Made by a program: the position numbers and the translations under genes
Assembly (NCBI GenBank): GCA_052033715.1
Contig: JBPOJJ010000002.1
Span: 1,676 to 65,675 of the forward strand
Direction: 5' to 3'
Source of the DNA: Patescibacteria group bacterium
Lineage (GTDB): Bacteria > Patescibacteriota > Minisyncoccia > Phycocordibacterales > CSBR16-119
DNA: 64,000 nucleotides
The notes under the pieces: model-generated
What the model saw: only the letters and a program-made list of their open reading frames with translations
Told to the model about the DNA's origin: nothing
The model's database searches: none
Shown here: piece after piece, positions 1-9,879 of the stretch
Layout: the number at the start of each line of letters is the position of its first letter
Position numbering within the stretch: position 1 is the stretch's first letter

Positions 1-66
1 GCTTGCCGAACAACATCAGCATGCGTTAGTGGAACGAAGACAACAAGTTTTACATTTTCTGACATA

Positions 67-993
67 TTAATTAACTTTATTTTTATCTTCCCCTGTCTCC
101 AAAATATTCAAAATCGATTTGGTAGTCTCGTCACTCATCTTTTTAATTGCAGAAACAGTATTGAAGGCATTTGAGCCGTTGAGTGAATACCAGACCGATA
201 GTGGCAAGTTCTTAAAGGCTTCATCTTTTCCTGGATAATCAGAAACCGCGCGGATCCTTCCAGATTGTAATTCTTTCAACAAAGCTCCTTCGTTCAAAAT
301 CCCGTGGCCCATAAATGTGACAATCAAAGCTTTGTCTTTCACTAGAGTAAACTCTTTCGCACCAATGAAATCATGACCAGCTTCTTTTGGTAGACAGAAA
401 AACACAATGTCGCTTTGTGACAAGAGATCATTCAATTCTTTATAAACGAGACCGGAGTCTTCGTGTTTGTGTTTACTGAAATATGAAATGCTTCCAGGAC
501 GAAAAGGTTTTAACATTTCTGCAATATGATTCCCGATTCTTCCCAGGCCGACGATTCCGACGTTCTGCCCTTCGAGGCCCGTTGTTGTTTTAAAATCTTT
601 ATCGCCAACTTTTCCAATTTCAAAGATTGAACGATTCATAGCCAACGCCATCGTAATCGCCCACTCCGCTACAGCGTGAGTTGGTCCGTCTGGAGAGTTG
701 GTTATCGCGACACCTTTCTTGGTCGCGTACTCCCAAGCTGGAATAAATTCCTTGTATCCAATTCCTGGAAACGAAATAACTTTTAATTCATACCCAGCAT
801 CAATTATCTTTTCACTTACTTCTTCTATACCACCTAGAATGTATCCGACTTTGCCCTTTATGGCTTCAATTAGTTCTTCTTCGCTCGGCTTTAGTTTATC
901 GATGCGTTCAATTGCGTAACCTGCGTCACGAATAAGATCTTCGTGCTCTTTGGCAATAAACAACGAGTCTGTAACTAAAATTTTTCCTTTCAT
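67..993 (-). CDS. D-isomer-specific 2-hydroxyacid dehydrogenase family protein (SerA-like fold, divergent active site)
   Basis: GIVGLGRIG NAD-binding motif; AVAEWA and LLSQSDIV segments. Confidence 0.8.
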   Translation of the reverse strand: MKGKILVTDSLFIAKEHEDLIRDAGYAIERIDKLKPSEEELIEAIKGKVGYILGGIEEVSEKIIDAGYELKVISFPGIGYKEFIPAWEYATKKGVAITNSPDGPTHAVAEWAITMALAMNRSIFEIGKVGDKDFKTTTGLEGQNVGIVGLGRIGNHIAEMLKPFRPGSISYFSKHKHEDSGLVYKELNDLLSQSDIVFFCLPKEAGHDFIGAKEFTLVKDKALIVTFMGHGILNEGALLKELQSGRIRAVSDYPGKDEAFKNLPLSVWYSLNGSNAFNTVSAIKKMSDETTKSILNILETGEDKNKVN

Positions 994-996
994 AGA

Positions 997-1668
997 CTAT
1001 ATTATTAAGCTTCTTACTTCTTTAATCAACCCATCTCTATATTCCCCATCAAAGTTATGTCCTCCTTCTAGATCTACGAGTTTTATACTTTCATTCAAGC
1101 CAACAACTTCTTCGCCAGGCAAAACCTCATCTTGTTTCGCTCGGATTATCGTAAGCTCGGTTTCTTTTGAAACTTCATTAAAAAGACCGACGATTTCTGA
1201 CATGCTTCTGTCCTTCCAAAAGTTCGCCGGAATCAAAGTCATACTTCCATCTTTTCTGGCAAACTTCGAGACACCCGACATGTTTATTTCCGTGCCCGGG
1301 CGATTTTTGAAAGCGTTAAATGTTCTTTGAACGTCGATATTAAAAGGTGGAGTTATAAAAATTGTTTTTCGAATTCCTTTTGGTTTTAGTAGAGAAGCCG
1401 TTATCGAACCCTGCGAGTGACAAACAAGATCAATAACCGCTTCAGGGTTGGCTTCCCTAGTCCGCAGTAAAACCTCTTCTAACATCTTGGCCTGCTCTTC
1501 GAGCGGACGAGCGGTCAAAGTATTTTCAGTATCGTTTATTTCATAGTAATCGAACAACACACATTCGATATTCTCTAAACTTTTTTCAATCGCCGTAAAG
1601 AGCCCCCTATCATCTTTACGGGTTCCAAATCCGTGAGAGAAAATTACGATGTGTTTCGGATTACTCAT
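997..1668 (-). CDS. alpha/beta hydrolase
   Basis: FSHGFG oxyanion motif, CHSQG nucleophile elbow, D and GGH acid/base residues. Confidence 0.8.
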   Translation of the reverse strand: MSNPKHIVIFSHGFGTRKDDRGLFTAIEKSLENIECVLFDYYEINDTENTLTARPLEEQAKMLEEVLLRTREANPEAVIDLVCHSQGSITASLLKPKGIRKTIFITPPFNIDVQRTFNAFKNRPGTEINMSGVSKFARKDGSMTLIPANFWKDRSMSEIVGLFNEVSKETELTIIRAKQDEVLPGEEVVGLNESIKLVDLEGGHNFDGEYRDGLIKEVRSLII

Positions 1669-2309
1669 ATCACCTTATTTCTAAGCTCTCCCATCAAATC
1701 TTTTATCTTTTCATCTGTTATTTCCTCCGGACGAATTTTGGTCTGGCCAAAAATCTGGTTCTCGATCATTCTTCCTGACTGAGCCAATTCTTCATATTTC
1801 TCCGAGGCAACCATGTGTTTGCTACCAGAATATCTCTTGTGTCCGTCGACGAGCCTTTCCTCAAAAGAAATTATTCCATGCGGACCAACACGCATGTCAG
1901 AGTAATTACAAATTTTGTTTTCAAATGAATCCCCTATTTCGTTTATGGAAAGATTGGAAAAGCCAATGTGATTTAGACATTCTGTCGCACCAGAATTTAA
2001 ACCAATTTCCTTGGCGATCATGTGCGTAGCCACATGTTCATCGGGTCCATATTTCTGGAAAAATTCGTCTTTCACTCCTTGCCAATATTCAATTCCTTTT
2101 TCCTCCACAAATTCTGGGAAGCGCGCCAGATCTGACTTGAGTATATTTCCCATGTCGTGGAACAAACACGCCGTGACAATACTTTCAACATCCAAATTCC
2201 CACTGAAATTGTCGGTAATAGTTTTCGCCACAGCCGCCACCCGCAACTGATGCTCCTGCAAATTCGGCATTATTTTGTATTCGGAATATATTTCTTGAAC
2301 GGTTTTCAT
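1665..2309 (-). CDS. HD-domain phosphohydrolase
   Basis: EHQLRVA...LFHDMGN...YSDMR metal-binding pattern. Confidence 0.8.
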   Translation of the reverse strand: MKTVQEIYSEYKIMPNLQEHQLRVAAVAKTITDNFSGNLDVESIVTACLFHDMGNILKSDLARFPEFVEEKGIEYWQGVKDEFFQKYGPDEHVATHMIAKEIGLNSGATECLNHIGFSNLSINEIGDSFENKICNYSDMRVGPHGIISFEERLVDGHKRYSGSKHMVASEKYEELAQSGRMIENQIFGQTKIRPEEITDEKIKDLMGELRNKVI

Positions 2310-2311
2310 AT

Positions 2312-2878
2312 TTATTCCATCATCCCCATTAATCCCTCTAAAACTTCCGGTAATTTATCAAAGCCATCCTCAGCCGTAATGTGTCCAGCATTTGGCATGA
2401 CAATTATTTCTGCGCCAAGTTCTGCGAACTTTGTTTTGTTTTCTTCAAAAGCTCCATACGGATCGTTATTTGAAATTATAAGTTTCGATTTCGGTAAAAC
2501 TTGTTTTACCTTCTCAGGGTCGATCGATGTTTCAATCCACGGCCGAGCAATCTCTTTTGATTCTTCATCTTCTAGATTTTCCAAATTAAACCATCCGGCA
2601 ACAAAAACCGCACCGCCAACTTTTACATTTTGTTTTTCTAAATATCTAAGAATTGTCTGACAACCAATACTGTGTCCAACAAAATAAGTTTCTTCGTCCA
2701 AAGTTCCAACAACTTCACCAAGTTTTGAAACCCACGCTTCTATTTCTGGTTCGCCAGAGTTTGGCATATCCGGAGTCATGACTTCCAAACCTTTCGCTCG
2801 TAATTCTTCTGCAAGCCAAGAAAGCCAATCGCTCTTGGAATTTTCTCCCCACCGGTGAACGATGACAACTTTTTTCAT
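2312..2878 (-). CDS. RBBP9/YdeN family serine hydrolase
   Basis: VHRW...W..WL, GHSIG, SNNDPY and AGH motifs. Confidence 0.85.
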   Translation of the reverse strand: MKKVVIVHRWGENSKSDWLSWLAEELRAKGLEVMTPDMPNSGEPEIEAWVSKLGEVVGTLDEETYFVGHSIGCQTILRYLEKQNVKVGGAVFVAGWFNLENLEDEESKEIARPWIETSIDPEKVKQVLPKSKLIISNNDPYGAFEENKTKFAELGAEIIVMPNAGHITAEDGFDKLPEVLEGLMGMME

Positions 2879-2883
2879 TTCCT

Positions 2884-2917
2884 AATTCTGCTCTTTTTTC
2901 CAAACTTTTACAAGAAA
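2884..2917. repeat. 34-bp direct repeat, copy 1 (promoter of the YdeN-like gene)
   Basis: aattctgctcttttttccaaacttttacaagaaa matches 3356-3389 with one mismatch; minus strand reads TTGTAA-N17-CAGAAT-N6-ATG. Confidence 0.85.
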
Positions 2918-2918
2918 A

Positions 2919-3350
2919 CTAGTTCTGTGAGATTTTGCGCTTATTTTCGATCGCGAGAATTGCGAAAACCAAGATATAAATCAAATGATCGTCGACGACG
3001 GGATTATTTTCCGGCGGAAATGATGCCAGATACATGAGGAGCATCATGACGATACCGGCGAGAGCACCCCATTTCAGATATTTCGGGATGAGAAGCGCGA
3101 GACCAATACCGAGAAGTCCAAGCATAAAAAGCCAGTCGACAATTCCTGAGTTCGCCAAGCTTTGGAAAAATGTCGCAAACGGTCCATGTGTTCCGTGAAG
3201 AAGAAACCCACTCGTTGGCGATCCACCAGCAATCCAAGCCGATGCTTTGGCTGTCGCAAATCCTAGTCCGAAAGTCTTGTCCAAAAATGCCCAGAGAAAA
3301 ACGAAACTCATCGCATAACGCAAACATTTTAAAATATTATTTTTATTCAT
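2919..3350 (-). CDS. DoxX family membrane protein
   Basis: LRYAMSFVFLWAFLDK start, four hydrophobic helices, NPVVDDHLIY motif. Confidence 0.8.
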   Translation of the reverse strand: MNKNNILKCLRYAMSFVFLWAFLDKTFGLGFATAKASAWIAGGSPTSGFLLHGTHGPFATFFQSLANSGIVDWLFMLGLLGIGLALLIPKYLKWGALAGIVMMLLMYLASFPPENNPVVDDHLIYILVFAILAIENKRKISQN

Positions 3351-3355
3351 CCCCC

Positions 3356-3389
3356 AATTCTGCTCCTTTTTCCAAACTTTTACAAGAAA
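3356..3389. repeat. 34-bp direct repeat, copy 2 (promoter of the DoxX gene)
   Basis: near-identical to 2884-2917. Confidence 0.85.
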
Positions 3390-3398
3390 TGAAAATCA

Positions 3399-3427
3399 TT
3401 GACTAATTATTCGAATTGTATTATTTT
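3399..3427 (+). promoter_or_regulatory. sigma70-type promoter of the orphan cassette
   Basis: TTGACT-N17-TATTTT. Confidence 0.55.
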
Positions 3428-3445
3428 CTCTACAAAACCCCCGTC

Positions 3446-3685
3446 ATGGACAAGCCCGAAGTAAAGATCACGATCAATATCACTGATACCGACACAACGC
3501 CCAGTATTCACCTCGCCGAAGTCCTCGTTGAAACGGAGACCGGCTCATGGCCAGAGACCGTTGGTTCGGCTGGAGAACTCAAGTGGTTCTTGCGCGGACT
3601 CAAATGCATGGCCGGAACCTTGGGGCGGCAAGATGTGGCGGTAAGCATACCCGGTGTTCCTCGCGAGATGCTTCAAGGATTCTGA
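3446..3685 (+). CDS. small hypothetical protein (79 aa), GC-richer cassette class
   Basis: ATG at 3446 follows the leader acaaaacccccgtc; has its own promoter and terminator. Confidence 0.65.
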   Translation: MDKPEVKITINITDTDTTPSIHLAEVLVETETGSWPETVGSAGELKWFLRGLKCMAGTLGRQDVAVSIPGVPREMLQGF

Positions 3686-3780
3686 AGCACTTCAAAGCAC
3701 CCCGGTCAGTGTGACCTCAACTGGACCTGTTCTCTCGCAGGCCTGCGCATCCACGCAAGTTGAGACGTCATAGCTACCCG

Positions 3781-3813
3781 ACCCCCGTCAGCGATGACGG
3801 GGGTTAGCTTTTT
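3781..3813 (+). terminator. intrinsic terminator
   Basis: acccccgtca-gcga-tgacgggggt hairpin followed by a T-rich tail. Confidence 0.75.
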
Positions 3814-3864
3814 CTAGGAAGAAAACCCTTGTAAAAACCCCGTTTTGGTATAACATCTAAAATA

Positions 3865-5145
3865 ATGACTTCAACGAAAAGGATCCTGCTTGTTTTGGGC
3901 GATATCATCGCCTTAGGGCTTGCCTTTGCCGGCATGCTTCTTATCCGTTTCGGCTGGAATCCAGACCCGGTAATTGTCTTGGCTCACACAACCTCTTTCA
4001 TAACACTATCCATCATCTGGCTCATCATTCTATATGTATACAACCTCTATGACGCTCAATTTATAAAAGCGACGCTCCGAAGTTTCAGAAATATTTTCCT
4101 GGCCCTCATCACTTGCCTCGGTGTCGGCTTCATCCTCTTTTACCTAGTACCCTTCCCTGTCGCACCAAAAACAAATTTGGTTATCTCTGTCGGGCTATTC
4201 GCTTTTTTCTTGGCTCTCTGGAGAATGGGTTACTCAGCCATAATCGCTCACAACTTCAAAAAAGTCGTTGTCATAGTTGGCGCCACCGATGAAACAAAGC
4301 GTTTGGTTGGAGAACTCGAGAGTCAGAAGCATCTAGGTTATGTGATATTTGGAACCTTCAATTCGATAACAGAAGCTTTCGCCGCGTGTCCACAAGCCGA
4401 GATGATCATTTACGACAAAGCTCTGCAAGGCAATGATTTACAGACCGTTGTCGAGGCTGATGTCGATGTCGTGAATGTTCGCGACGCTTACCAAGAAATT
4501 TTTCACTTGATTCCTGTGGAACTAGTCGATGATGGATTTGCTGTGCGAGTAATTGAGAAGAACGACAATCCGCTTTACAGACTCACGAGCCGATTAGTTT
4601 CCATAATTTTTGCTTCAATAATTCTCATCGCTACGCTTCCAATTACGCTCGTATTCGCAATGCTCATTTATCTATACGACCGCGGACCAATATTTTTTAA
4701 TCATGCTCGAGTCGGTTATCGCGGAAAAGTTTTTCAAATCTTCAAGCTCCGTTCAATGGTTATAAATGCTGAAGGTAACGGTGCTGTCTGGGCTGAAAAT
4801 AAAGATCCTCGCATCACGCCAATCGGTCGCATCATTCGAAAAACCCACATCGATGAAATCCCACAAATGCTAAACGTCTTGCTCGGCGACATCACCCTCG
4901 TCGGACCAAGACCTGAGCGCCCAGAATTCGTGAGCAAGCTCGCAAACGAAATTCCTTATTATTACTTGCGACACAGTATCAAACCAGGATTTACTGGTTG
5001 GGCTCAGATCAAATTCCGCTATGCCCGCTCTGTCATGGATTCGAAGGAGAAATTCGAGTATGATTTGTACTATATCAAGAACCGCAATTTCATCCTTGAT
5101 CTAGGCATCATCGCCAAGACGATCCAAATCATTTTTACCCACTAA
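3865..5145 (+). CDS. priming glycosyltransferase (undecaprenyl-phosphate sugar phosphotransferase, WcaJ/WbaP-like)
   Basis: FKLRSM, DPRITPIG, IDEIPQ, VGPRPERP, KPGFTGWAQ; N-terminal transmembrane helices. Confidence 0.92.
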   Translation: MTSTKRILLVLGDIIALGLAFAGMLLIRFGWNPDPVIVLAHTTSFITLSIIWLIILYVYNLYDAQFIKATLRSFRNIFLALITCLGVGFILFYLVPFPVAPKTNLVISVGLFAFFLALWRMGYSAIIAHNFKKVVVIVGATDETKRLVGELESQKHLGYVIFGTFNSITEAFAACPQAEMIIYDKALQGNDLQTVVEADVDVVNVRDAYQEIFHLIPVELVDDGFAVRVIEKNDNPLYRLTSRLVSIIFASIILIATLPITLVFAMLIYLYDRGPIFFNHARVGYRGKVFQIFKLRSMVINAEGNGAVWAENKDPRITPIGRIIRKTHIDEIPQMLNVLLGDITLVGPRPERPEFVSKLANEIPYYYLRHSIKPGFTGWAQIKFRYARSVMDSKEKFEYDLYYIKNRNFILDLGIIAKTIQIIFTH

Positions 5146-5147
5146 AC

Positions 5148-6596
5148 ATGGAAAAACTCAAAGCCTTCTTATTCAAAAACACTTCGACCAAACAAACCGT
5201 CGCCAAAAATTCTATTTGGCTCCTTGTCGGCGACATCCTCGGAAGGCTTTTGAAACTCGCTATCGTCGTCGTGGCCACTCGCGAACTGGGAGTCGAAGGT
5301 TGGGGAATTTTTTCATACGGCCTGGCTTTCGTCGGGCTCTTCTTTTTATTGGGTGACTTTGGCATCAACACTTTCATTACCAAAGAAATGTCCAGAGACG
5401 AAGAAGGAAAACACAAATACCTGGCCACAGCCATTGTCATTCGTCTGTCTTTCCTACTTATATTTTTCCTGGCGGCAATTTTGGCCGGGCCACATCTGGG
5501 AAAAATCGAGCTCGGCTTCAGTATGATTTTGGTCCTAGCGACTTTTTCCATTTTCGAATCGATCCGCGAATTCGCCATGTCGATCAATCGTTCAAGACAG
5601 AGGATGGAGATTGAAGGCTTCTCAAAAATACTCATCAACCTCTCCATCACAGTAATTGGAATCCTACTGCTCTCACAAAGCGCCGAACCATTTTCTGTTG
5701 CTATGGCCTACATGCTTGGAAGCATTATCGCCACAATCTACATTCTCTGGAGCATCCGTAAAGAATTCAAAGGTCTCAAATGGAAATTCTCCAAAGAAAA
5801 TTTCAAAGTCATCTACAATTTCTCTTGGCCGATTGTCATTATGGGATTTTTTGGAGTTCTCTTTAGTCTCGACACCATAATGCTCGGACAAATGAAGTCC
5901 GCGACCGAGGTCGGCCTCTACACCACCGGTCAGCGAGTCATCACCCTGTCTTCGATGATCCCAGGATTGATCGCCGTATCAATACTCCCAATATTTTCAA
6001 AATACGAAAATGATCCGATCCGTGCTGGTGCAATTTTCGAAAAAATTATGAGGGTACTTTTAGCTTTTGGTATTCCGATCGCCGTCGGCGGGATATTTTT
6101 TAGCTACGATATTATCGCGCTCATGTTCGGTCCGGAATTTTTAGCTGGAACATTAACTTTACAAATATTAATGGTCTCGATTTTGGCTTCTTTCCCGAAC
6201 ATTATCCTGACCAATTTGATATTTTCCAAAAGCCTCCAAAAAACTTTTATCTTCGTAACTATCTTTGGCGTCTTGCTTGATATCGGACTAAATTTCTGGC
6301 TAATCCCGATTTATGGTGCGGCGGGTGCGGCGGCCTCTACAGTACTCGCCGAACTTATCATTATGGGCGCAAACTGGCGCAAGATGAAAAAATTCGTGCC
6401 GTTTAGTGTTGTGTCAAAACTTGGTAGAGTAATTCTTGCGACCATCATCATGACTCTTGGCATTGTGGCACTGAACGCAATCGGTATTCATTTTATCCTT
6501 GTTATAATACTAGCGATGGGAATTTACGCACTCGCACTTCATCTCTTAAAAGAGCCGATTTTCAAAGAAATACTTTCGCTGCGCAAAGCCAAGTAG
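5148..6596 (+). CDS. Wzx-type flippase
   Basis: 12-14 hydrophobic helices; KNSIWL, GDFGI, EVGLY and LIPIYGAAGAA motifs. Confidence 0.88.
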   Translation: MEKLKAFLFKNTSTKQTVAKNSIWLLVGDILGRLLKLAIVVVATRELGVEGWGIFSYGLAFVGLFFLLGDFGINTFITKEMSRDEEGKHKYLATAIVIRLSFLLIFFLAAILAGPHLGKIELGFSMILVLATFSIFESIREFAMSINRSRQRMEIEGFSKILINLSITVIGILLLSQSAEPFSVAMAYMLGSIIATIYILWSIRKEFKGLKWKFSKENFKVIYNFSWPIVIMGFFGVLFSLDTIMLGQMKSATEVGLYTTGQRVITLSSMIPGLIAVSILPIFSKYENDPIRAGAIFEKIMRVLLAFGIPIAVGGIFFSYDIIALMFGPEFLAGTLTLQILMVSILASFPNIILTNLIFSKSLQKTFIFVTIFGVLLDIGLNFWLIPIYGAAGAAASTVLAELIIMGANWRKMKKFVPFSVVSKLGRVILATIIMTLGIVALNAIGIHFILVIILAMGIYALALHLLKEPIFKEILSLRKAK

Positions 6597-6627
6597 TGCA
6601 GTATGTGCAATAATATTTTTAATTTAT

Positions 6628-7494
6628 ATGAAAATAATAACTATATTTGATCGCAACGAGGATTTTATAAAGATGCAATACGAAAGTATCGTCAAACACG
6701 TCAAAGGTAACTACGAATACATCGTTTTTAATAATGCGAAGACCAAAAAGCAAGCTGAGAAAATAAAGGCCTGCTGTGACTCTTTGGGAATAAAATCAAT
6801 AAGAATTAAAGTACCATTTTCTTGGATGAAAACTCCGTCTCAAATAGCCGGAATCGCCCTGAACAAAGCGCATCGACACATTGCCGATATCGAAGGACCT
6901 TTCTTCAAACTCGACAGCGACATGTTTTTCATTGCCGACGTGAACTTGGAGAATCTTTTCGAGATAAACGACCTAGTCTATGTTCCAACTTACGTGCCGA
7001 TAAAAACTGTCTGGAGTGGGCTCTTCGGCATAAACTTGAAAAAAGTAAAATTTGATTTTGATTACAGACCCGGACTTGTGCCAAATACTGATACCTTTGG
7101 CAAAAGTTATTACCTGGTTAAGGACAATATGTATAGCGAAACACTCCTCGGCATGCACAATCTAATAGACATTCAGGATGGGGTCATCGAAACAAATCTA
7201 AATGGCTGCTGCTTGATGAAATTCGACCACAGCGGTTTGATCTTTAGAGAGAACAATAATTTCAAAGACGTCGATGTTGTTGAATTGAGAAAGAGATATG
7301 AAGAAATTATCGAGATTATGGAAAAATATGGTTTTCCAAAACCATATAATCTTGATTTTATGACCCTGAATGGCGAAAATTTCGTGCTTCATTTCAAATC
7401 AAGCAACTGGTGCCCTTGGTATACAGAAAATTACGTTTATTCGAAAAAAGAAGCCATTAAAAGACTCCTGGGAGACACTCCGTCGGCATCCTAA
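6628..7494 (+). CDS. putative glycosyltransferase (GT-A-like)
   Basis: YIVFNNA, LDSDMFF DxD motif, LHFKSSNW; lies in the glycan cluster. Confidence 0.55.
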   Translation: MKIITIFDRNEDFIKMQYESIVKHVKGNYEYIVFNNAKTKKQAEKIKACCDSLGIKSIRIKVPFSWMKTPSQIAGIALNKAHRHIADIEGPFFKLDSDMFFIADVNLENLFEINDLVYVPTYVPIKTVWSGLFGINLKKVKFDFDYRPGLVPNTDTFGKSYYLVKDNMYSETLLGMHNLIDIQDGVIETNLNGCCLMKFDHSGLIFRENNNFKDVDVVELRKRYEEIIEIMEKYGFPKPYNLDFMTLNGENFVLHFKSSNWCPWYTENYVYSKKEAIKRLLGDTPSAS

Positions 7495-7550
7495 ACAAAG
7501 GCTTATTTTTCTTGCAAAAATGCTCCTAAATGGGATAATGACGAGCATCA

Positions 7551-8492
7551 ATGGTTATGAGCAAGCTTGTCTGGATAAAAAACCATATCATTAGGGTCCT
7601 GCATCTTGTCTTACATGCCTGGATTCCTTTTTATTTCCGCAAGATTTTTGGACTAAAACCAAAGATTCAAACAGAGTTTCAAATGAAGCTCGGTGTTTCT
7701 TACAACCTCTTTGACGGCGAGGAACTCATGGAATACTCAATCAAAAGCATCCGTGAAAACGTTGATTTCATCTGTGTCGTATGGCAGAAAATTTCAAATC
7801 ACGGCGAAACGTGTAATCCTGAAGTTCCAGCACTTCTCGATCGACTTGTAGCCGAAGGCTCGGTTGACAAACTTTATTTGTACGAACCCGACATTGCAAA
7901 CACCGGCGGAGAAAATGCCTCTATGAACGAAACCAAAAAAAGAAATATCGGTCTGGAACTTTGCCGCGAAGCTGGATGTTCACATCACCTGACGATCGAC
8001 ACGGACGAGTTTTATACTGACGAACAAATGCGATTTATGAAAACTGTGATGGAGTATGGTGATTACGGTACAGGCTACTGTCAGCACCGTCAGTATTACA
8101 AAGATTCGATTTATCAAATCAAACACCCAGAGCGTCAGTATGTTGCTACAATTGAAAAAATTATGCCGGAGACAAAATATGTTTACGCTATCCCCTGCGT
8201 TGTAGGCATCGATCCAACCAGAAAAACGAACAATGTAAAAGGATTGGGAATGCGCTATAGAATTTTCGCTCGACAAGAATGCGAGATGCACCACTTGTCG
8301 TTCGTGAGAAAAGACATCAAGAAAAAGCTTTGGAATCATTCGTCAAAGAGATTTTTTACCGAAGAATCGGTCGACCGAATCGTTGAATATTATAAAAATT
8401 GGAAATACCCAGCCAAAGCCATGTGGGCCGGCGAAGCCATGCGTGAAGTGATCGAAGTTCCGCGCCAGTTTGAAATTTATAAAATAGACTAA
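7551..8492 (+). CDS. putative glycosyltransferase
   Basis: SYNLFDGEELM, KRNIGL, IDTDEFY DxD motif, MHHLSFVR; start may be at 7557. Confidence 0.6.
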   Translation: MVMSKLVWIKNHIIRVLHLVLHAWIPFYFRKIFGLKPKIQTEFQMKLGVSYNLFDGEELMEYSIKSIRENVDFICVVWQKISNHGETCNPEVPALLDRLVAEGSVDKLYLYEPDIANTGGENASMNETKKRNIGLELCREAGCSHHLTIDTDEFYTDEQMRFMKTVMEYGDYGTGYCQHRQYYKDSIYQIKHPERQYVATIEKIMPETKYVYAIPCVVGIDPTRKTNNVKGLGMRYRIFARQECEMHHLSFVRKDIKKKLWNHSSKRFFTEESVDRIVEYYKNWKYPAKAMWAGEAMREVIEVPRQFEIYKID

Positions 8493-8493
8493 T

Positions 8494-9879
8494 ATGAAAT
8501 TTTTAAGTATCTGTATTCCAACATACGAAATGGGCGGTCTGGGGACTAAATTTCTGGCCGAATCTTTTGATATTCTAAATAGACAAACATTTAAAGATTT
8601 TGAGGTTATTATTTCTGATCATTCCAAAGATTCTTTGATTAAAGATCTCTGTAACAAGTACGCCGACAAACTAGATATCAAATATTTTCAAAATCCAGAT
8701 AATCGCGGTAATTCTTCTGCTAATCTCAACAACGCGATTAAGCACGCCGATGGCAAACTCATAAAAATCCTTTTCCAGGACGATTTTCTTTTTGATGAAA
8801 AATCTCTAGAGAAAACTGTCGCTAATTTTGATTTAGAAAAAGATTTCTGGCTTGCAAGCGCCTGTGAACATTCTCGAGATGGAAAAACACTTGAAAGGTC
8901 CTTCTATCCAAAGTACAATCACAAAATTCATCTTGGCAAAAATACTTTAAGCTCTCCTTCGGTAATCACGATCAAAAATGATTCTCCACTCTTTTTTGAC
9001 GAGAACCTGATTTGGCTCATGGACTGCGATTACTATCGACGATGCTATGAAGCTTTTGGCGAGCCGAGGATTTTAAAAGACATAACCGTCGTTAACCGCA
9101 TCGGAAAACACCAGGTAACAAAAGTTTTGGCAACACAAAAAGTAAGGTCCAGGGAATACAAATATATGGTTGGGAAATTTGGCAGAAACCCTGGTCCGGT
9201 TATTTTATCAAACGTATCCCTTATAACAGCGGGTAGTGTCAAAATTTCGGAAGCCATCGAAGCTTTGAAAAAAAGCATGCGCGGAATGAAATTTGCCGAG
9301 GTTTTATTTTTTACGCACGAAGATTTGGATTTGAAGGAAGACGGTATAAGCGTAATAAAAATCCCGCGCCTCGATTACAAGGGCTATAATGAATTCATTG
9401 CCTACAAACTGTCTCGATACATAAAAACAGATTTTGTTCTTGTCGTACAAAATGATGGATATATTCTGCGTCCACAAAAGTGGCAATCAAAATTTTTGGA
9501 TTACGATTACATCGGAGCACCTTGGCCGCCAAATGTTCATTTCACCAACAGAGGCGTAAATGTTCGGGTTGGCAACGGAGGATTTAGCTTGCGCAGCAAA
9601 AAGCTCCTCGATATTTTAAACGAGCTTAATCTTACTTTTACTGACGGCGGCACCGGATACCCCCACGAGGATGGACTTATCTGCAATCATTATCGTCACG
9701 AGCTTGAAGACGCCGGTATAAAATTTGCTCCAGTTCACATCGCAGCTGAATTTAGTCATGAAGTTGATTGTAAAGAATCTGTGTATCAGCCTTTCGGCTT
9801 CCACGGAAGTAAGCTGGTCCTGCCAAGAATCTTCTGGCCAATAAAAAAGATTCTGCGTAAAATGGGCATACGGATATGA
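8494..9879 (+). CDS. GT2 glycosyltransferase fused to a DUF5672-like domain
   Basis: N-terminal SICIPTY/FEVIISD/LFQDD; C-terminal QNDG, YDYIGAPW, GNGGFSLRS, HED and FGFH. Confidence 0.8.
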   Translation: MKFLSICIPTYEMGGLGTKFLAESFDILNRQTFKDFEVIISDHSKDSLIKDLCNKYADKLDIKYFQNPDNRGNSSANLNNAIKHADGKLIKILFQDDFLFDEKSLEKTVANFDLEKDFWLASACEHSRDGKTLERSFYPKYNHKIHLGKNTLSSPSVITIKNDSPLFFDENLIWLMDCDYYRRCYEAFGEPRILKDITVVNRIGKHQVTKVLATQKVRSREYKYMVGKFGRNPGPVILSNVSLITAGSVKISEAIEALKKSMRGMKFAEVLFFTHEDLDLKEDGISVIKIPRLDYKGYNEFIAYKLSRYIKTDFVLVVQNDGYILRPQKWQSKFLDYDYIGAPWPPNVHFTNRGVNVRVGNGGFSLRSKKLLDILNELNLTFTDGGTGYPHEDGLICNHYRHELEDAGIKFAPVHIAAEFSHEVDCKESVYQPFGFHGSKLVLPRIFWPIKKILRKMGIRI

